From positions 29,121 to 93,120 of the forward strand of contig JBFWRP010000016.1 of the NCBI GenBank assembly GCA_050248855.1: DNA of 64,000 nt, read 5' to 3'. Positions 10,308 to 23,088 of the stretch are shown here, in pieces. The stretch comes from Planctomycetota bacterium. Its GTDB lineage: Bacteria; Planctomycetota; PLA2; JAEUHO01. Under the pieces are notes generated by a model that was not told where the DNA came from, did no database searches, and saw nothing but the letters and a program-made list of their open reading frames with translations. Every line of letters begins with the position of its first letter. The first letter of the stretch is position 1. The position numbers and the translations under genes were made by a program.

Positions 10308-12098
10308 ATGGGCGTGGCGCAGCTTCGCAGTGTGACGGTGGCGTTCGGCGGCGCGCCGGTGCTCGACGAGGTCGATCTCGTCATCGAGCCCGGCGAGCGC
10401 CTGGCGCTGATCGGTCGCAACGGCGCCGGCAAGTCGACCTTGCTCAAGATCCTCGACGGGACGCTGGCCCCCGACGGCGGGGAGGTGAGCTGGTCATCAG
10501 GCACGCGCGTTGCGCGCCTGGACCAACGCGTGCCCGAGGGCACCACGGGCACCGCGCTCGACGCCGTCGTGGCCGACCGCGAGGACGCGATCGACGAGCA
10601 CGTCGCCCGCGCGGCGCTGTCGCGCCTGGGCGTCGCACCCGACGCGCGCGTGGCCGCTCTCTCCGCGGGCCAGCAGCGGCGCGTCTTGCTCGCACGCGCC
10701 CTGGCGGGCGACCCGGACCTGCTCTTGCTCGACGAGCCCACGAACCACCTCGACGTGGCCACGATCGCGGATCTCGAAGAGGCGCTCGTGCGCACCAAGC
10801 CGACGCTCGTGTTCGTCACCCACGACCGGGCGCTGCTGCGTCGCCTGGCTACGGGCATCCTCGACTTGGACCGTGGACACCTCACGCGCCACCCTGCCGA
10901 CTACGACGCCTACCTCGAGGGGCGGGCGGCGTTCCGCGAGCAGGAGGCCTCCCAGCGCGCGCTGTTCGACAAGCGCCTCGCCCAGGAGGAGTCCTGGATC
11001 CGTGAAGGGGTGCGCGAACGGCGCAAGCGCAACATGGGCCGCGTCGGTCGCCTCCTCTCCATGCGCGACGAGCGTGCGGTCCGTCGCGACCGGGCAGGCA
11101 CCGTGCGGATGGAGGCTGACACGGCAGGGCGCTCCGGGCGCGTCGTGGCCCGGGCCCACGACCTGGGCATCACGCTCGGCGGGCGCACGCTGGTGAGGGG
11201 CTTCTCCACGCAAGTCGATCGCGGCGACCGCATCGGCATCGTAGGGCCCAACGGTGCCGGCAAGACCACCCTCGTGCGCGTCCTGCTGGGTGAGCTCGCC
11301 CCCACGGAGGGTCGCGTCGAGCGGGGCACCAACGTGGCGGTCGGCTACTTCGACCAGATCCACGCCTCGCTCGACCTCGAGAAGAGCGCCGTGGACAACG
11401 TCGCGGATGGCGCCTCCACGGTGACGGTGAACGGCAAGGAGCGCCACGTCCTCGGCTACCTGGCGTCGTTCCTGTTCGACGCCGAGCAGGCGCGCCACCC
11501 GGTCTCGCTCTACTCGGGCGGCGAACGCAACCGCTTGCTGCTGGCGCGCCTGTTCGCACGCCCGAGCAACGTGCTGGTGCTGGACGAGCCGACGAACGAC
11601 CTCGACATGGAGACCATGGAGGTTCTCGAGGCGCTGCTCGCCGACTACGACGGCACGATCCTGCTGGTCAGCCACGACCGCGCCTTGCTCAAGGCCACCG
11701 TCGAGCGCCTGTGGGTCCTGGACGGCGAGGGCGGTGTCCGCGAGATCGTCGGCGGTCCCGTGGACTGGCGCCGCCTGGGCGCGTCCGAGACGCCCACCGA
11801 ACTCCCCAAGCGGGCCAGCGCGCCCGCCAAGCCGACGAAGGCCGCCCCGGCGCTGGACAAGCACCAACGCAAGGAGCTGAAGGACCTGCCCGCTTGCATC
11901 GAAACACTCGAGACCGAGCTCGCGCGCCGCCACGAGGCGATGGCCGACCCGGCGTTCTTCCGCCAAGACGGGGCGGCCATCGCCGCCGCGCGCGGCGCCG
12001 CGCAGGACCTCGAAGCGAGGATCGCCCAGGCCTACGCGCGCTGGGAAGAGCTGTCCGCGTTGGAAGCCGGCGGCTCGTCGGCCAACCGGATCTCGTAG
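10308..12098 (+). CDS. uup: ABC-F family ATPase (Uup-like)
   Basis: Two ABC cassettes (GRNGAGKST/LSAGQ/LLDEPTNHLD and GPNGAGKTT/YSGGE/VLDEPTNDLD), no TM helices, C-terminal coiled coil. Confidence 0.85.
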   Translation: MGVAQLRSVTVAFGGAPVLDEVDLVIEPGERLALIGRNGAGKSTLLKILDGTLAPDGGEVSWSSGTRVARLDQRVPEGTTGTALDAVVADREDAIDEHVARAALSRLGVAPDARVAALSAGQQRRVLLARALAGDPDLLLLDEPTNHLDVATIADLEEALVRTKPTLVFVTHDRALLRRLATGILDLDRGHLTRHPADYDAYLEGRAAFREQEASQRALFDKRLAQEESWIREGVRERRKRNMGRVGRLLSMRDERAVRRDRAGTVRMEADTAGRSGRVVARAHDLGITLGGRTLVRGFSTQVDRGDRIGIVGPNGAGKTTLVRVLLGELAPTEGRVERGTNVAVGYFDQIHASLDLEKSAVDNVADGASTVTVNGKERHVLGYLASFLFDAEQARHPVSLYSGGERNRLLLARLFARPSNVLVLDEPTNDLDMETMEVLEALLADYDGTILLVSHDRALLKATVERLWVLDGEGGVREIVGGPVDWRRLGASETPTELPKRASAPAKPTKAAPALDKHQRKELKDLPACIETLETELARRHEAMADPAFFRQDGAAIAAARGAAQDLEARIAQAYARWEELSALEAGGSSANRIS

Positions 12099-13030
12099 AG
12101 CACCTGGTCCAGCCACGCGCCCGCCTCGATGGGCGCCTCGCGCTGGGGATGCTCGGCATCGATGCACGAGGCGACCGGCCCCAGGATGGTCCAGGGCGTC
12201 GGATGGCAGAACTGCACGACGCTCAGGCGCTCGCCCGGTTGGTCGGGATCGGCCACGACACGGTGCCAGCCTGGCGGGATGCGGCCGTTGGAAATGCGGT
12301 CCAGCATGAGCCCGGTGTTGAGGATGGCGTGCCCGTCGGGCGGCGCCGCCGCGACCCACCCGCCTTCGACCTCCACCTCCAGGCCCTTGGCGGTCGCTCG
12401 CGGAAGGGCCGTGATCAGGTTGATGTCGGCGTGGCGCTCGGCCCACACGTGACCGCCCGGAGGCGCCTCGGCCATCGGCGGATAGCGGATGGCGCGCGCC
12501 AGCGTCGGCCCGTCGACCAGCATGCGGTCGAAGAAGGCCGGGGCCAGGCCCAGGCCCTCGGCCACGATGCGCAGGAAGCGCGTCTGGAGATCGAGGAGGG
12601 CCTCGAACAACGATCCCAGGGCCTTGCCGATGCCCGGGACGAGCGCTTCGGGCAGCACGCGCGGCATGTAGCGATGGGGGTAGCGCTTGGCGAGCGGGTG
12701 GCCGGGCGGCAGCTCCGGGCCCCAGTTGAGCATCTCCTTCCAGTCCGGCACGTCGGAGACGGCGGCCGTCTCGACCAGCAGCCCCGTGTAGCCGGTCTGC
12801 CCCTGCGAGCCCGGCGCGCGGCAGGTGGCCTTCGCCTCCTGCGGCAACGCGAAGAAGGCGCCGAGGAGGGCGTACGCCTCGTCGAGCAGGCCCTGGCTGA
12901 CGTCGTGGCGGCTGTACACGAAGCCCGTGGCCAGGCTGCGGCGCACGCCGTCCACGACGGCCCGGCGCGCGTCGGCGTCCCCGCGCTCGTAGCGCAGCAG
13001 ATCGACGTCGAGGATCGCGTCGCCGGCCAT
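12032..13030 (-). CDS. Isopenicillin N synthase-like 2OG-Fe(II) oxygenase
   Basis: HADINLIT (HxD), WHRV, RLS motifs. Confidence 0.88.
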   Translation of the reverse strand: MAGDAILDVDLLRYERGDADARRAVVDGVRRSLATGFVYSRHDVSQGLLDEAYALLGAFFALPQEAKATCRAPGSQGQTGYTGLLVETAAVSDVPDWKEMLNWGPELPPGHPLAKRYPHRYMPRVLPEALVPGIGKALGSLFEALLDLQTRFLRIVAEGLGLAPAFFDRMLVDGPTLARAIRYPPMAEAPPGGHVWAERHADINLITALPRATAKGLEVEVEGGWVAAAPPDGHAILNTGLMLDRISNGRIPPGWHRVVADPDQPGERLSVVQFCHPTPWTILGPVASCIDAEHPQREAPIEAGAWLDQVLYEIRLADEPPASNADSSSQRA

Positions 13031-13042
13031 GCGGGCCCGGCC

Positions 13043-14854
<1,812 letters not shown>

Positions 14855-14923
14855 GGGGCGCGATTCTGGGGGCCCCGGGAGAGGGTGTCAATGCGGGGGC
14901 TCCCGCGGGCGTAGGCTCGCCGC

Positions 14924-15475
14924 ATGGACGGCGAGATCCACGTGCGCGAGGCCACGCCCGAAGATGCGCGGGCCATCAGCGAGGTCCAGGTGGCCGGCTG
15001 GCGCAGCGCCTACCGCGGCATCGTGCCGGACGCGATGCTCGACGAGCTCGACGTCGAGGCGGGGGCCGAGCGGCGCCGCCAGGGGATGCTGCGCGGCGCG
15101 GCACGTGGCGTCGTGAACCACGTCCTCGAGCTCGATGGGCGCATTGTCGCCTGGGCGGCGTCGGGCCCGTGGCGCGGCGTGGAGGACCACGAGGTCCCTG
15201 GCCTGTTCGAGCTGTACGCGATCTACGTCGAGCCGTCGCGCATCGGCACGGGCCTCGGGCGCCGGCTGTGGTTGGCGGTGCTCGAGGGGCTGCCCGCCCG
15301 CGGCGCGGAGCGGCTGCGCTTGTGGACGTTCGTGGAGAACGCGCGGGCCCGCCGGTTCTACGAGCGGGCTGGCTTCCACGAGGACCCGACCGTGCCGCGC
15401 GAACAGCACGAGGACACGGGCGCCCTCAAGCTCTGCTACGTGCGGGCGCTCCCGGACGTCGGTCCGCACAAGTAG
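14924..15475 (+). CDS. GNAT family N-acetyltransferase
   Basis: [20 protein letters not shown] and [13 protein letters not shown]. Confidence 0.88.
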   Translation: MDGEIHVREATPEDARAISEVQVAGWRSAYRGIVPDAMLDELDVEAGAERRRQGMLRGAARGVVNHVLELDGRIVAWAASGPWRGVEDHEVPGLFELYAIYVEPSRIGTGLGRRLWLAVLEGLPARGAERLRLWTFVENARARRFYERAGFHEDPTVPREQHEDTGALKLCYVRALPDVGPHK

Positions 15476-15485
15476 CGTGACGGCG

Positions 15486-15941
15486 ATGGAGACGCGCGCG
15501 ATCGACGTGCCGGTAACGGTCTTGGAGCACGGCCTCGGCTTGGCGTTGCCGGCGTACGAGACCGAGGGGTCGGCGGGCCTGGACGTCCGCGCCGCCGTGC
15601 GCGAGCCGCTTCTCGTGGCGCCCGGGGAACGGGTGCGCGTCCCGACCGGCCTGGCCATCGCGGTCCCCCCCGGCTGGGAGTGCCAGGTGCGCCCGCGCAG
15701 CGGGTGGGCGGCCAAGCACGGCGTGACGTGCCTCAACACGCCGGGCACGATCGACAGCGACTACCGGGGCGAGGTCCAGGTGCTGCTCGTCAACCTGGGC
15801 CAGGAGCCCGTACGCATCGAACGGGGCGACCGCATTGCGCAGCTCGTGTTCGCGCCGGTCGGCCGCGCCACGTGGCGCGTCCAGGGGACGCTGGAAGCTA
15901 CGACGCGTGGTGCCGGAGGCTTCGGCCATACGGGCGCGTGA
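15486..15941 (+). CDS. dut: dUTP diphosphatase
   Basis: [34 protein letters not shown]. Confidence 0.96.
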   Translation: METRAIDVPVTVLEHGLGLALPAYETEGSAGLDVRAAVREPLLVAPGERVRVPTGLAIAVPPGWECQVRPRSGWAAKHGVTCLNTPGTIDSDYRGEVQVLLVNLGQEPVRIERGDRIAQLVFAPVGRATWRVQGTLEATTRGAGGFGHTGA

Positions 15942-16055
15942 AAGCCGTGCCGTACGGAGTCGGTTGAGATACCAAATTCGGGCGGCACCGCACCCTCGCC
16001 GCCGCCAGCACTTGGCCGCCCGACTTGGCAAGAACACCCGACTCCTTGCTCCGAC

Positions 16056-17243
16056 TCAGGGCCGATGCACGGTTCCGAGGCGCATGTCGCGCGGTGCACC
16101 GGTGGCAGCCGGGATGTTGCCCGGGCGGTCGTGCAGGGCCTCGTGGGCCAGCAGGGCAAAGGCCACGGCTTCCTTGAGGTCCACGAGGTCGGACGCCACC
16201 AGCTCCACGCTGATGTCCAAGTCCGCGAAGGCGGCGTGGATCGCAGCGACGAGCGTCGGGTTGTGGCAGCCCCCACCGCTCAGGAGGATGCGTCGCACGT
16301 CGTCACGACCCGGCCGGACGTGCCACTCCCATGCATCGCGCATCATGCGGGCGGTCGCCTCGACGGCGGTCCGCACCCGGTCCTCCACGGGCACGTGCGC
16401 ATGCTCGGACGCCAGCGCCGTCGCCAGGGACGGGCCCCACGTCGCGTACCCCGCGCTCTTGGGCGGGGCCTGGCGTAGCCACGCAGCCCGGCGTGACCAC
16501 AGGTCGAGCAGCAGGTCGTCGTGCACGCGTCCCCGCGCGCTGAGTACGCCGTCGCGGTCGATCGCCTCGGGGTCGGAGCTGCGCGCGAACGCGTCGATGA
16601 GCGCGTTGGCGGGGCCCGTGTCGAACGCGAGCACCGCACGGCGCGCCGTGCGGGGCCCGAGGCGGGGCAGCACCGTCACGTTGGCGATGCTGCCGAGGTT
16701 CCAGCATGCGCGCTCCTCGTCAGGGCTGCCGAAGAGCAGCAGATCGGCCAGCGGCACGAGCGGCGCGCCCTCCCCCCCGGCGATCACGTCGCGGGCTCGG
16801 AAGTCGCTGACGACCGGGATGCCCGTGGCGAGCGCCAGGGCATCCCCGTGGCCGACCTGCAGCGTGATGGCCCCGCGCTGCCCCTCCCGCGGGCGATGGA
16901 ACACCGTCTGGCCGTGGGAGCCGATCGCGGCCACGTCCTCCGCCGCGACCCCGGCGCGCACCAGCACGTCGCGCACGGCCTCGGCCCACAGGGCCGGCAG
17001 CTCGTAGTGCAACGCCGCCACTTCGGCGAGGTCGCCGTCCACGGCGCGGGCCAAACGCGCCCGGAGCGCGGCGTCGTACGGCACGGTCGCGCCGGCCACC
17101 AGCGCGGCCGCGCGCGCCTCGCTACCGCGATCGGCGATGCGCACGACGGCCACGTCGAGACCATCGCGACTCATCCCGCTCATGAGCCCCACGTAGAGCC
17201 CGCCGCTGCCCGTCCCGGTCGAACCGCTGGCGTCCTCGTGCAT
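16056..17243 (-). CDS. anmK: Anhydro-N-acetylmuramic acid kinase
   Basis: GLMSGMSRDGLD, GSHGQTVFH, DFRARD, GGEGAPLVP, FDTGPANALID, KEAVAFA. Confidence 0.93.
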   Translation of the reverse strand: MHEDASGSTGTGSGGLYVGLMSGMSRDGLDVAVVRIADRGSEARAAALVAGATVPYDAALRARLARAVDGDLAEVAALHYELPALWAEAVRDVLVRAGVAAEDVAAIGSHGQTVFHRPREGQRGAITLQVGHGDALALATGIPVVSDFRARDVIAGGEGAPLVPLADLLLFGSPDEERACWNLGSIANVTVLPRLGPRTARRAVLAFDTGPANALIDAFARSSDPEAIDRDGVLSARGRVHDDLLLDLWSRRAAWLRQAPPKSAGYATWGPSLATALASEHAHVPVEDRVRTAVEATARMMRDAWEWHVRPGRDDVRRILLSGGGCHNPTLVAAIHAAFADLDISVELVASDLVDLKEAVAFALLAHEALHDRPGNIPAATGAPRDMRLGTVHRP

Positions 17244-17320
17244 GGGGGCAGCCTACCGCCGCACCCGTTCGCCTACCCCGAGAGCCAGCCGTCCAGGGTG
17301 CGTAGACGCCGATCTGAGCC

Positions 17321-17905
17321 GAGCGCGACCGCCACGCATCGGGTCGCCAGGGCGACGGTAGCGCGCCAGCATCGCGGAACGCAGGGGCGCGACACGCCGG
17401 CCGGCGAACGACGGTGTCCGAGCGAACCCGGATGTGTCAGGACCCTTGCCGCGGAGCGGCGCAGCCGCGACGTGGGCAAGGTGCCTGCAATGGAAGGTGC
17501 CTGAACTCCGGGCTCGGACAGGACAGCCACGCTTCCATGGGAGGGGGTGCCGCGCGCATCGAGACGCGGTACGGAGGCGGGGATTTCTTCCGCAACTTGC
17601 CGCCCTGCGCTTCGGCATGCGCAAGTGCCCATCGGCAAGTTGCGGAAGAATTCCCCGCCTCCGTACGGGCTTTGCCGTCGGCATGAAGAACTGACACGCA
17701 GGGGGCGCGACACGCCGGCCGGCGGACATCGCACTTCGGTGTCCGACCACTCCAAGCTCGTTCCGCGCTCCCGCGCGGATTCGGTGCTCCGGCTTCGCCT
17801 CCGCAGCAGGGGGGCTATTCCGTACCCCCCCTGCACCCCTCACGGTGGGACCGAGCATCTGGCGAGCCGCACGTCCGCACCGGAGGGGCTGAACGCGTAC
17901 CTACC
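17321..17905. repeat. Mosaic palindromic intergenic repeat element (REP/BIME- or MITE-like), copy 1
   Basis: Contains modules E (17321-17358), A (17434-17487), B (17569-17666) and D (17847-17905), plus two copies of ACGCAGGGG(G)CGCGACACGCCGGCCGGCG. Modules A, B, D and E recur at 54207-54650. Confidence 0.85.
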
Positions 17906-17955
17906 GCCGTACGTCGCGCCTCCCGCCAACCCGGGCTTCGGTGCAGGATGGGGAC

Positions 17956-19032
17956 GTGTCACGTCGCGTCCTTCACCTGGGCCTGCTCCCGGTCCTCCTC
18001 CTCGCCGGGCTGGCGGGGCCCTCGCACACCCGCCCGAACCGGGGAACGGTGGTCGAGGTGGGCATCGTGCTCGACGACAGCGCCGGCATGGCCCCGTGGC
18101 AGGACGCGGCGCGCATCGAGATCGGCCGCTTGCTGCTGGAAGCGTCCCGCTGGCGTCCGGGGCCCCAGGTGCGCCTGGGCCTCGTCGTGTACGGCAACGA
18201 CGACGAGACACGAGCGCGCGTGGTCCACGACCTCGGCGAGGACGTGGACGGGCTGCTGGACGTTCTCGGCCGGGCCGAGGGCCGGGGCGGTGTCGAAGAC
18301 GTCACGACGGCCATCGAGCGTGCGCGCGAAGGGCTGGGCTGGTCGCGGCAGGCGCCCGTGCAGGTCCTCGTCCTGATCGGCAACGAGAGTCCCCACCAAG
18401 TACCGGGTCGCGACCCGCGCGATGCCGCGCGTGCCGCCGCTCGCGACGGCCTCGTCGTGCACGTGCTCTACGCGGGGCGCGAAGGCGACCTGTTCGAGGC
18501 CGAGTGGCAGGAGATCGCCCAAGCGGGAGGCGGCGAGCTGCGCAGGCTCTCGCTGCCCCGACGCCGCACGAACGCCGCACGGCAACAGGCGGCAGAGGAC
18601 GACGCACGACTCTGGTCGCGGCGGCTCCTGCTTCCCCCGGGCGCCACACCGCGGCTGGTCGCACGCCACGCTCGCGTGTCCCAGGCCTTTGGCGAGCTCG
18701 GCGAGGAGGCGGTCGCGGTTCGCCGGCGCTTGGTAGCGGCAGGGCTCGTGCTCCCGCCCGAGGACCTCGTCCTGCGCCACGAGCGGGGCGAACTCGACCT
18801 CGACGCCGCCGAGGGATGGCCTCCCGAGCTGGAAGGCTTGACACCCGCGGAGCGACGGGTGCACCTCGAGACGACGGCCCGGCGCCGGGCCGAGGCGCGC
18901 GCGGCGTGGCGGAGCGCCGCCGACGACGTACCCGGTGGACCGCCCGGTGCGCTCGCAGACCTTCTCGCCGCGCAGGCACGCGCTGCGGGCTTCACGCGGT
19001 CCGCGCAGCCCGCGTCGGGCGGGGGCAGGTAG
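17956..19032 (+). CDS. Exported VWA-domain-like protein
   Basis: Signal-like N-terminus; VGIVLDDSAGM, RLGLVVYG, VLVLIGNE resemble a vWA fold with a degenerate MIDAS. Confidence 0.65.
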   Translation: MSRRVLHLGLLPVLLLAGLAGPSHTRPNRGTVVEVGIVLDDSAGMAPWQDAARIEIGRLLLEASRWRPGPQVRLGLVVYGNDDETRARVVHDLGEDVDGLLDVLGRAEGRGGVEDVTTAIERAREGLGWSRQAPVQVLVLIGNESPHQVPGRDPRDAARAAARDGLVVHVLYAGREGDLFEAEWQEIAQAGGGELRRLSLPRRRTNAARQQAAEDDARLWSRRLLLPPGATPRLVARHARVSQAFGELGEEAVAVRRRLVAAGLVLPPEDLVLRHERGELDLDAAEGWPPELEGLTPAERRVHLETTARRRAEARAAWRSAADDVPGGPPGALADLLAAQARAAGFTRSAQPASGGGR

Positions 19033-19063
19033 GCTCTCCAGCCCACCAACCCTGGAGATCCCC

Positions 19064-19639
19064 ATGCGCGCGCCCCCCCTCGTTGCCGTGGCCCTGACCG
19101 CCCTGCTCGCGTCCCTCGGGGGATGCGGCTCCGAGACGCCCAAGACCGGCGGACCCGGCGGCACGGGGGCATCTGCCCAACCGGGCAGCAGCGACGCCAC
19201 GGCCAAGGGGCTCGAGACCCTCCTGCGCGCGATCCTCGCGTCGCCGGACAAGCGGGCGGAGCTGTCCGCCACGCTCCGTCCGACCAAGGCGGACCTCGAC
19301 GCGATCTTCGACGCCGAGCTCGCCGCGGCCGCCGAGGCGACCTACGGCCCCGTGTGGGACAAGGGCGAGCTCGTCCTGGATCCCGGCGACCCGGAGCGCA
19401 CGGACGTCTTCGTCCGCTCGGGGTCCGCGGAGGACATCGCTGCTTGGCAAGGAGCTCCTGCCGAGGAATTCCCGGGCGGCTGGAAGGACGTCGGCGCGCA
19501 TCTCGAGCCGGGCACCACGTTCTGGATCGGCAGCTTCGTCAAGCCGGGCGAGGAATCCGGGATGCGGTTCGACGGCTTCGTCCACGTGAACGGGCAGTGG
19601 CGCATCGTGCCCAAGCCGTGGCGCCTGCTCCGCAAGTAG
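19064..19639 (+). CDS. Hypothetical lipoprotein
   Basis: GGAG RBS; signal peptide with lipobox LGGC. Confidence 0.75.
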   Translation: MRAPPLVAVALTALLASLGGCGSETPKTGGPGGTGASAQPGSSDATAKGLETLLRAILASPDKRAELSATLRPTKADLDAIFDAELAAAAEATYGPVWDKGELVLDPGDPERTDVFVRSGSAEDIAAWQGAPAEEFPGGWKDVGAHLEPGTTFWIGSFVKPGEESGMRFDGFVHVNGQWRIVPKPWRLLRK

Positions 19640-19686
19640 ATGCATCCGTCCGCGCGACCGCGTTCCCAAGCCTCCGGGGTCCCCCG

Positions 19687-20634
<948 letters not shown>

Positions 20635-20655
20635 CGACGGGCAGGAGCGAGCCAC

Positions 20656-21312
20656 ATGTTCATCAATCTCCTCCAGCTGCACCCGACCTACTACGTGACC
20701 TGGATCGTGGCCGTGATCGCCAGCGTGGTCTTGCACGAGCTGGGGCATGGCTTCGCGGCCATTCGGCAGGGCGACCGCACGCCGATCGTGATGGGCCACA
20801 TGACGTGGAACCCGATGGTCCACATGGGCGGGCTCTCGCTGATCCTGCTGGCGGTCGTCGGCCTGGCGTTCGGCGCGATGCCCGTCAACCCCTCGGCCTT
20901 CCGCGGCCGCTTCGGACACGCGATCGTGGCCTTCGCCGGCCCGGCCATGAACCTGCTGATCGCCGCGAGCACCATCCTGCTCGCCGGACTCACCGTGCGT
21001 GCGGGCATCGCCCCCATGCCGATGTGGGACGCGCACGTGATCCCGCTGCACTTGGACAGCGCCACGATCCTCCTCATCGTCGCCCAGCTCAACCTCGCGC
21101 TCTTCGTCTTCAACCTGCTGCCCATCCCGCCGCTCGATGGCAGCACGGTGCTCGGCGACTTCTGGCCCGCGTGGAAGCGCTGGACGTCCAACCCCGACCT
21201 GGCCCCCTTCTTCCAAGCCGGCTTCCTCGTGGTGTTCATCGTCGGGGGCAGGCTGTTCACCGCCGCGGGGAACGCGGTCGGCGTCGCGTTCCGCGCCGTC
21301 GCGGGCGGCTAG
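20656..21312 (+). CDS. Site-2 protease (M50 family)
   Basis: HELGH, AGPAMN, FNLLPIPPLDG. Confidence 0.92.
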   Translation: MFINLLQLHPTYYVTWIVAVIASVVLHELGHGFAAIRQGDRTPIVMGHMTWNPMVHMGGLSLILLAVVGLAFGAMPVNPSAFRGRFGHAIVAFAGPAMNLLIAASTILLAGLTVRAGIAPMPMWDAHVIPLHLDSATILLIVAQLNLALFVFNLLPIPPLDGSTVLGDFWPAWKRWTSNPDLAPFFQAGFLVVFIVGGRLFTAAGNAVGVAFRAVAGG

Positions 21313-21318
21313 GTCGCC

Positions 21319-23088
21319 GTGACGCGCGCTCTCGTCTTCACCCTCGTCCTCGGCCTGGCGGGCTTCGCGTGGTGGCTGGGGCAACGTACGCCCGAACCGC
21401 CCGAGGGGCTCGTCGTGGTGGTCGAAGTGGTCGACGCCGAAGGGCAGCCCGTTGCCGCCGCGCAAGCCCGGTCCCGCTTCGCCGACACGGAGTGGATGAC
21501 CGTGGACCGCCAGGGCCGCGTGACACTGACCGGTGTTCCGCTGGTGGCCAACGCCCAGGCGCCCGACGAGGCCACCGTGGACGAGGCGATCGACGTGCGT
21601 GCCCCGTGGTACGCACGCCCACCCGGCACGACGCCCGTCGTCACGCAGGAGGCGCCGCAGCGATTCCGGCTGCGCACCGTCCTGGAGCTGCATGGGGTCC
21701 TCGAGCTCGTCGTGAAGCCTGCCCTGCTGGGCCCTGCGCGGGCCCGCGTCGAGCCGGACGAACCGCTGCGTCGCGTGACGCCCATCGGCGGCCAGGGCAT
21801 CGCGCGCCCGGGCCAGATGGCCGTGTTCCGCGTACGGCCGGGCCTCGAGAGGATCGCCATCGTCCTCGAGCCCGAGCTGTCGGTGAACCGCGACCGGCCG
21901 GTGGCCCGTCGTCGCCTCGTGGTCCAGGCCCCCACGCCGGGGACGATGCGTCGCGTCGAGATCGAGCCGGGGCCTGCGCATCCCGTCCACGGGACGCTTG
22001 GCTGGCCGGAGGCCCTGGAGCCCGCGCGACGCCACGGCAGCCTCGTGATCACGGAGGTCGCGCGCGACGGCACGCGGACCCCGTGGGGTCGCCTCGAGCT
22101 CGGGGCCGACGACACGTTCGTCATCCCCGACACCGGCGCCGAAGCCTACGAGCTCGTGCTCGAGGCACCCTTCGTGGAACCTCCGGCGCCCGTGCTCGTC
22201 GGCGGCGCCGGCCACGCCGAGCTCGCCGCGCTGGTCGAGCGCCCGTGGCTGCAGATCGTGAACGACGACCTTCCCGGCGTGTCGCGCCCCTGGCGTGTGC
22301 GCCTGCTCGATGCCGAAGGCCGCGTCGTGGCGCCGGCGGCCGCTCTCGAGATCGCACCGGGCGCAGGCGCCCTGCCGCTTGCCGTCGCGCGGGACGACCT
22401 GGTCGTCGAAGTCGACGTCCCGGGCAGCGACGACGGCCCGCCGCTCAGGGGGCGCCAAGCGGTGGGGATGATGGCCGCCTCCGGGCCCACGCGGGTGGAG
22501 GTGAGCCTCGACGCCGTGCCTGCCGGTCGGCTCCAGCTGAAGGGCGACGACGTGCGACGGGGTGCAACGGTGACCCTCAGCGGGCCGGCCGGCCCGCACG
22601 CCGACGAGCGCAAGGCCACGTGGCTGCCGGGCGATCCCCCCGAGCCACTGGACGTCGCGGGGCTTGCCACGGGCGCCTGGCGCGTCAGCGTGCGGCCGGC
22701 CGACAGCGAAGCCGCCTGGTCGGCCTTCGACGTCGACATCACCGCCGATGCCACGACCGTCTCGAGCGTGCGCGCCCCGGCAGGGGGGCGCGTGGCGATC
22801 GACGAGACGCTCGGGCCCGGTGATCCGCGGGACGGGCTCTTGCGCCTCGCTCCCGGCGACAGCCCGTACGCCGTGGACGTCCACGTGCCGCTGGAACGCC
22901 GCGCGGCGGGGCGCGGCTGGGACGTGCCCTGGCCCCTCCTCCCGGGCCGCTACGAGGGCCGCCTCGAGCTCCACGGCGACCCCGCGCCCCGGGCCACGAC
23001 GACCTTCGAGGTCGTCGCCGGTGCCACGACGCGCGTGGCGGGCGCCGGGTTGGTCCTCAGCCCTCCAGCAGGCGCGCCGCCACGGTAA
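21319..23088 (+). CDS. Membrane-anchored hypothetical protein with beta-sandwich (carboxypeptidase-regulatory-like) segments
   Basis: N-terminal TM helix; repeated V.VVDAEG.PV / RVRLLDAEGR segments. Confidence 0.6.
   Translation: MTRALVFTLVLGLAGFAWWLGQRTPEPPEGLVVVVEVVDAEGQPVAAAQARSRFADTEWMTVDRQGRVTLTGVPLVANAQAPDEATVDEAIDVRAPWYARPPGTTPVVTQEAPQRFRLRTVLELHGVLELVVKPALLGPARARVEPDEPLRRVTPIGGQGIARPGQMAVFRVRPGLERIAIVLEPELSVNRDRPVARRRLVVQAPTPGTMRRVEIEPGPAHPVHGTLGWPEALEPARRHGSLVITEVARDGTRTPWGRLELGADDTFVIPDTGAEAYELVLEAPFVEPPAPVLVGGAGHAELAALVERPWLQIVNDDLPGVSRPWRVRLLDAEGRVVAPAAALEIAPGAGALPLAVARDDLVVEVDVPGSDDGPPLRGRQAVGMMAASGPTRVEVSLDAVPAGRLQLKGDDVRRGATVTLSGPAGPHADERKATWLPGDPPEPLDVAGLATGAWRVSVRPADSEAAWSAFDVDITADATTVSSVRAPAGGRVAIDETLGPGDPRDGLLRLAPGDSPYAVDVHVPLERRAAGRGWDVPWPLLPGRYEGRLELHGDPAPRATTTFEVVAGATTRVAGAGLVLSPPAGAPPR

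Noticed and set aside
17253..17858. Small ORFs here that match ORFs at 54.2-54.6 kb
   Set aside because: The similarity comes from the non-coding palindromic repeats and appears in several frames and on both strands.
17321..17905. Possible CRISPR array or integron attC sites
   Set aside because: No regular repeat-spacer periodicity, no cas or intI gene, and no RYYYAAC...GTTRRRY ends.
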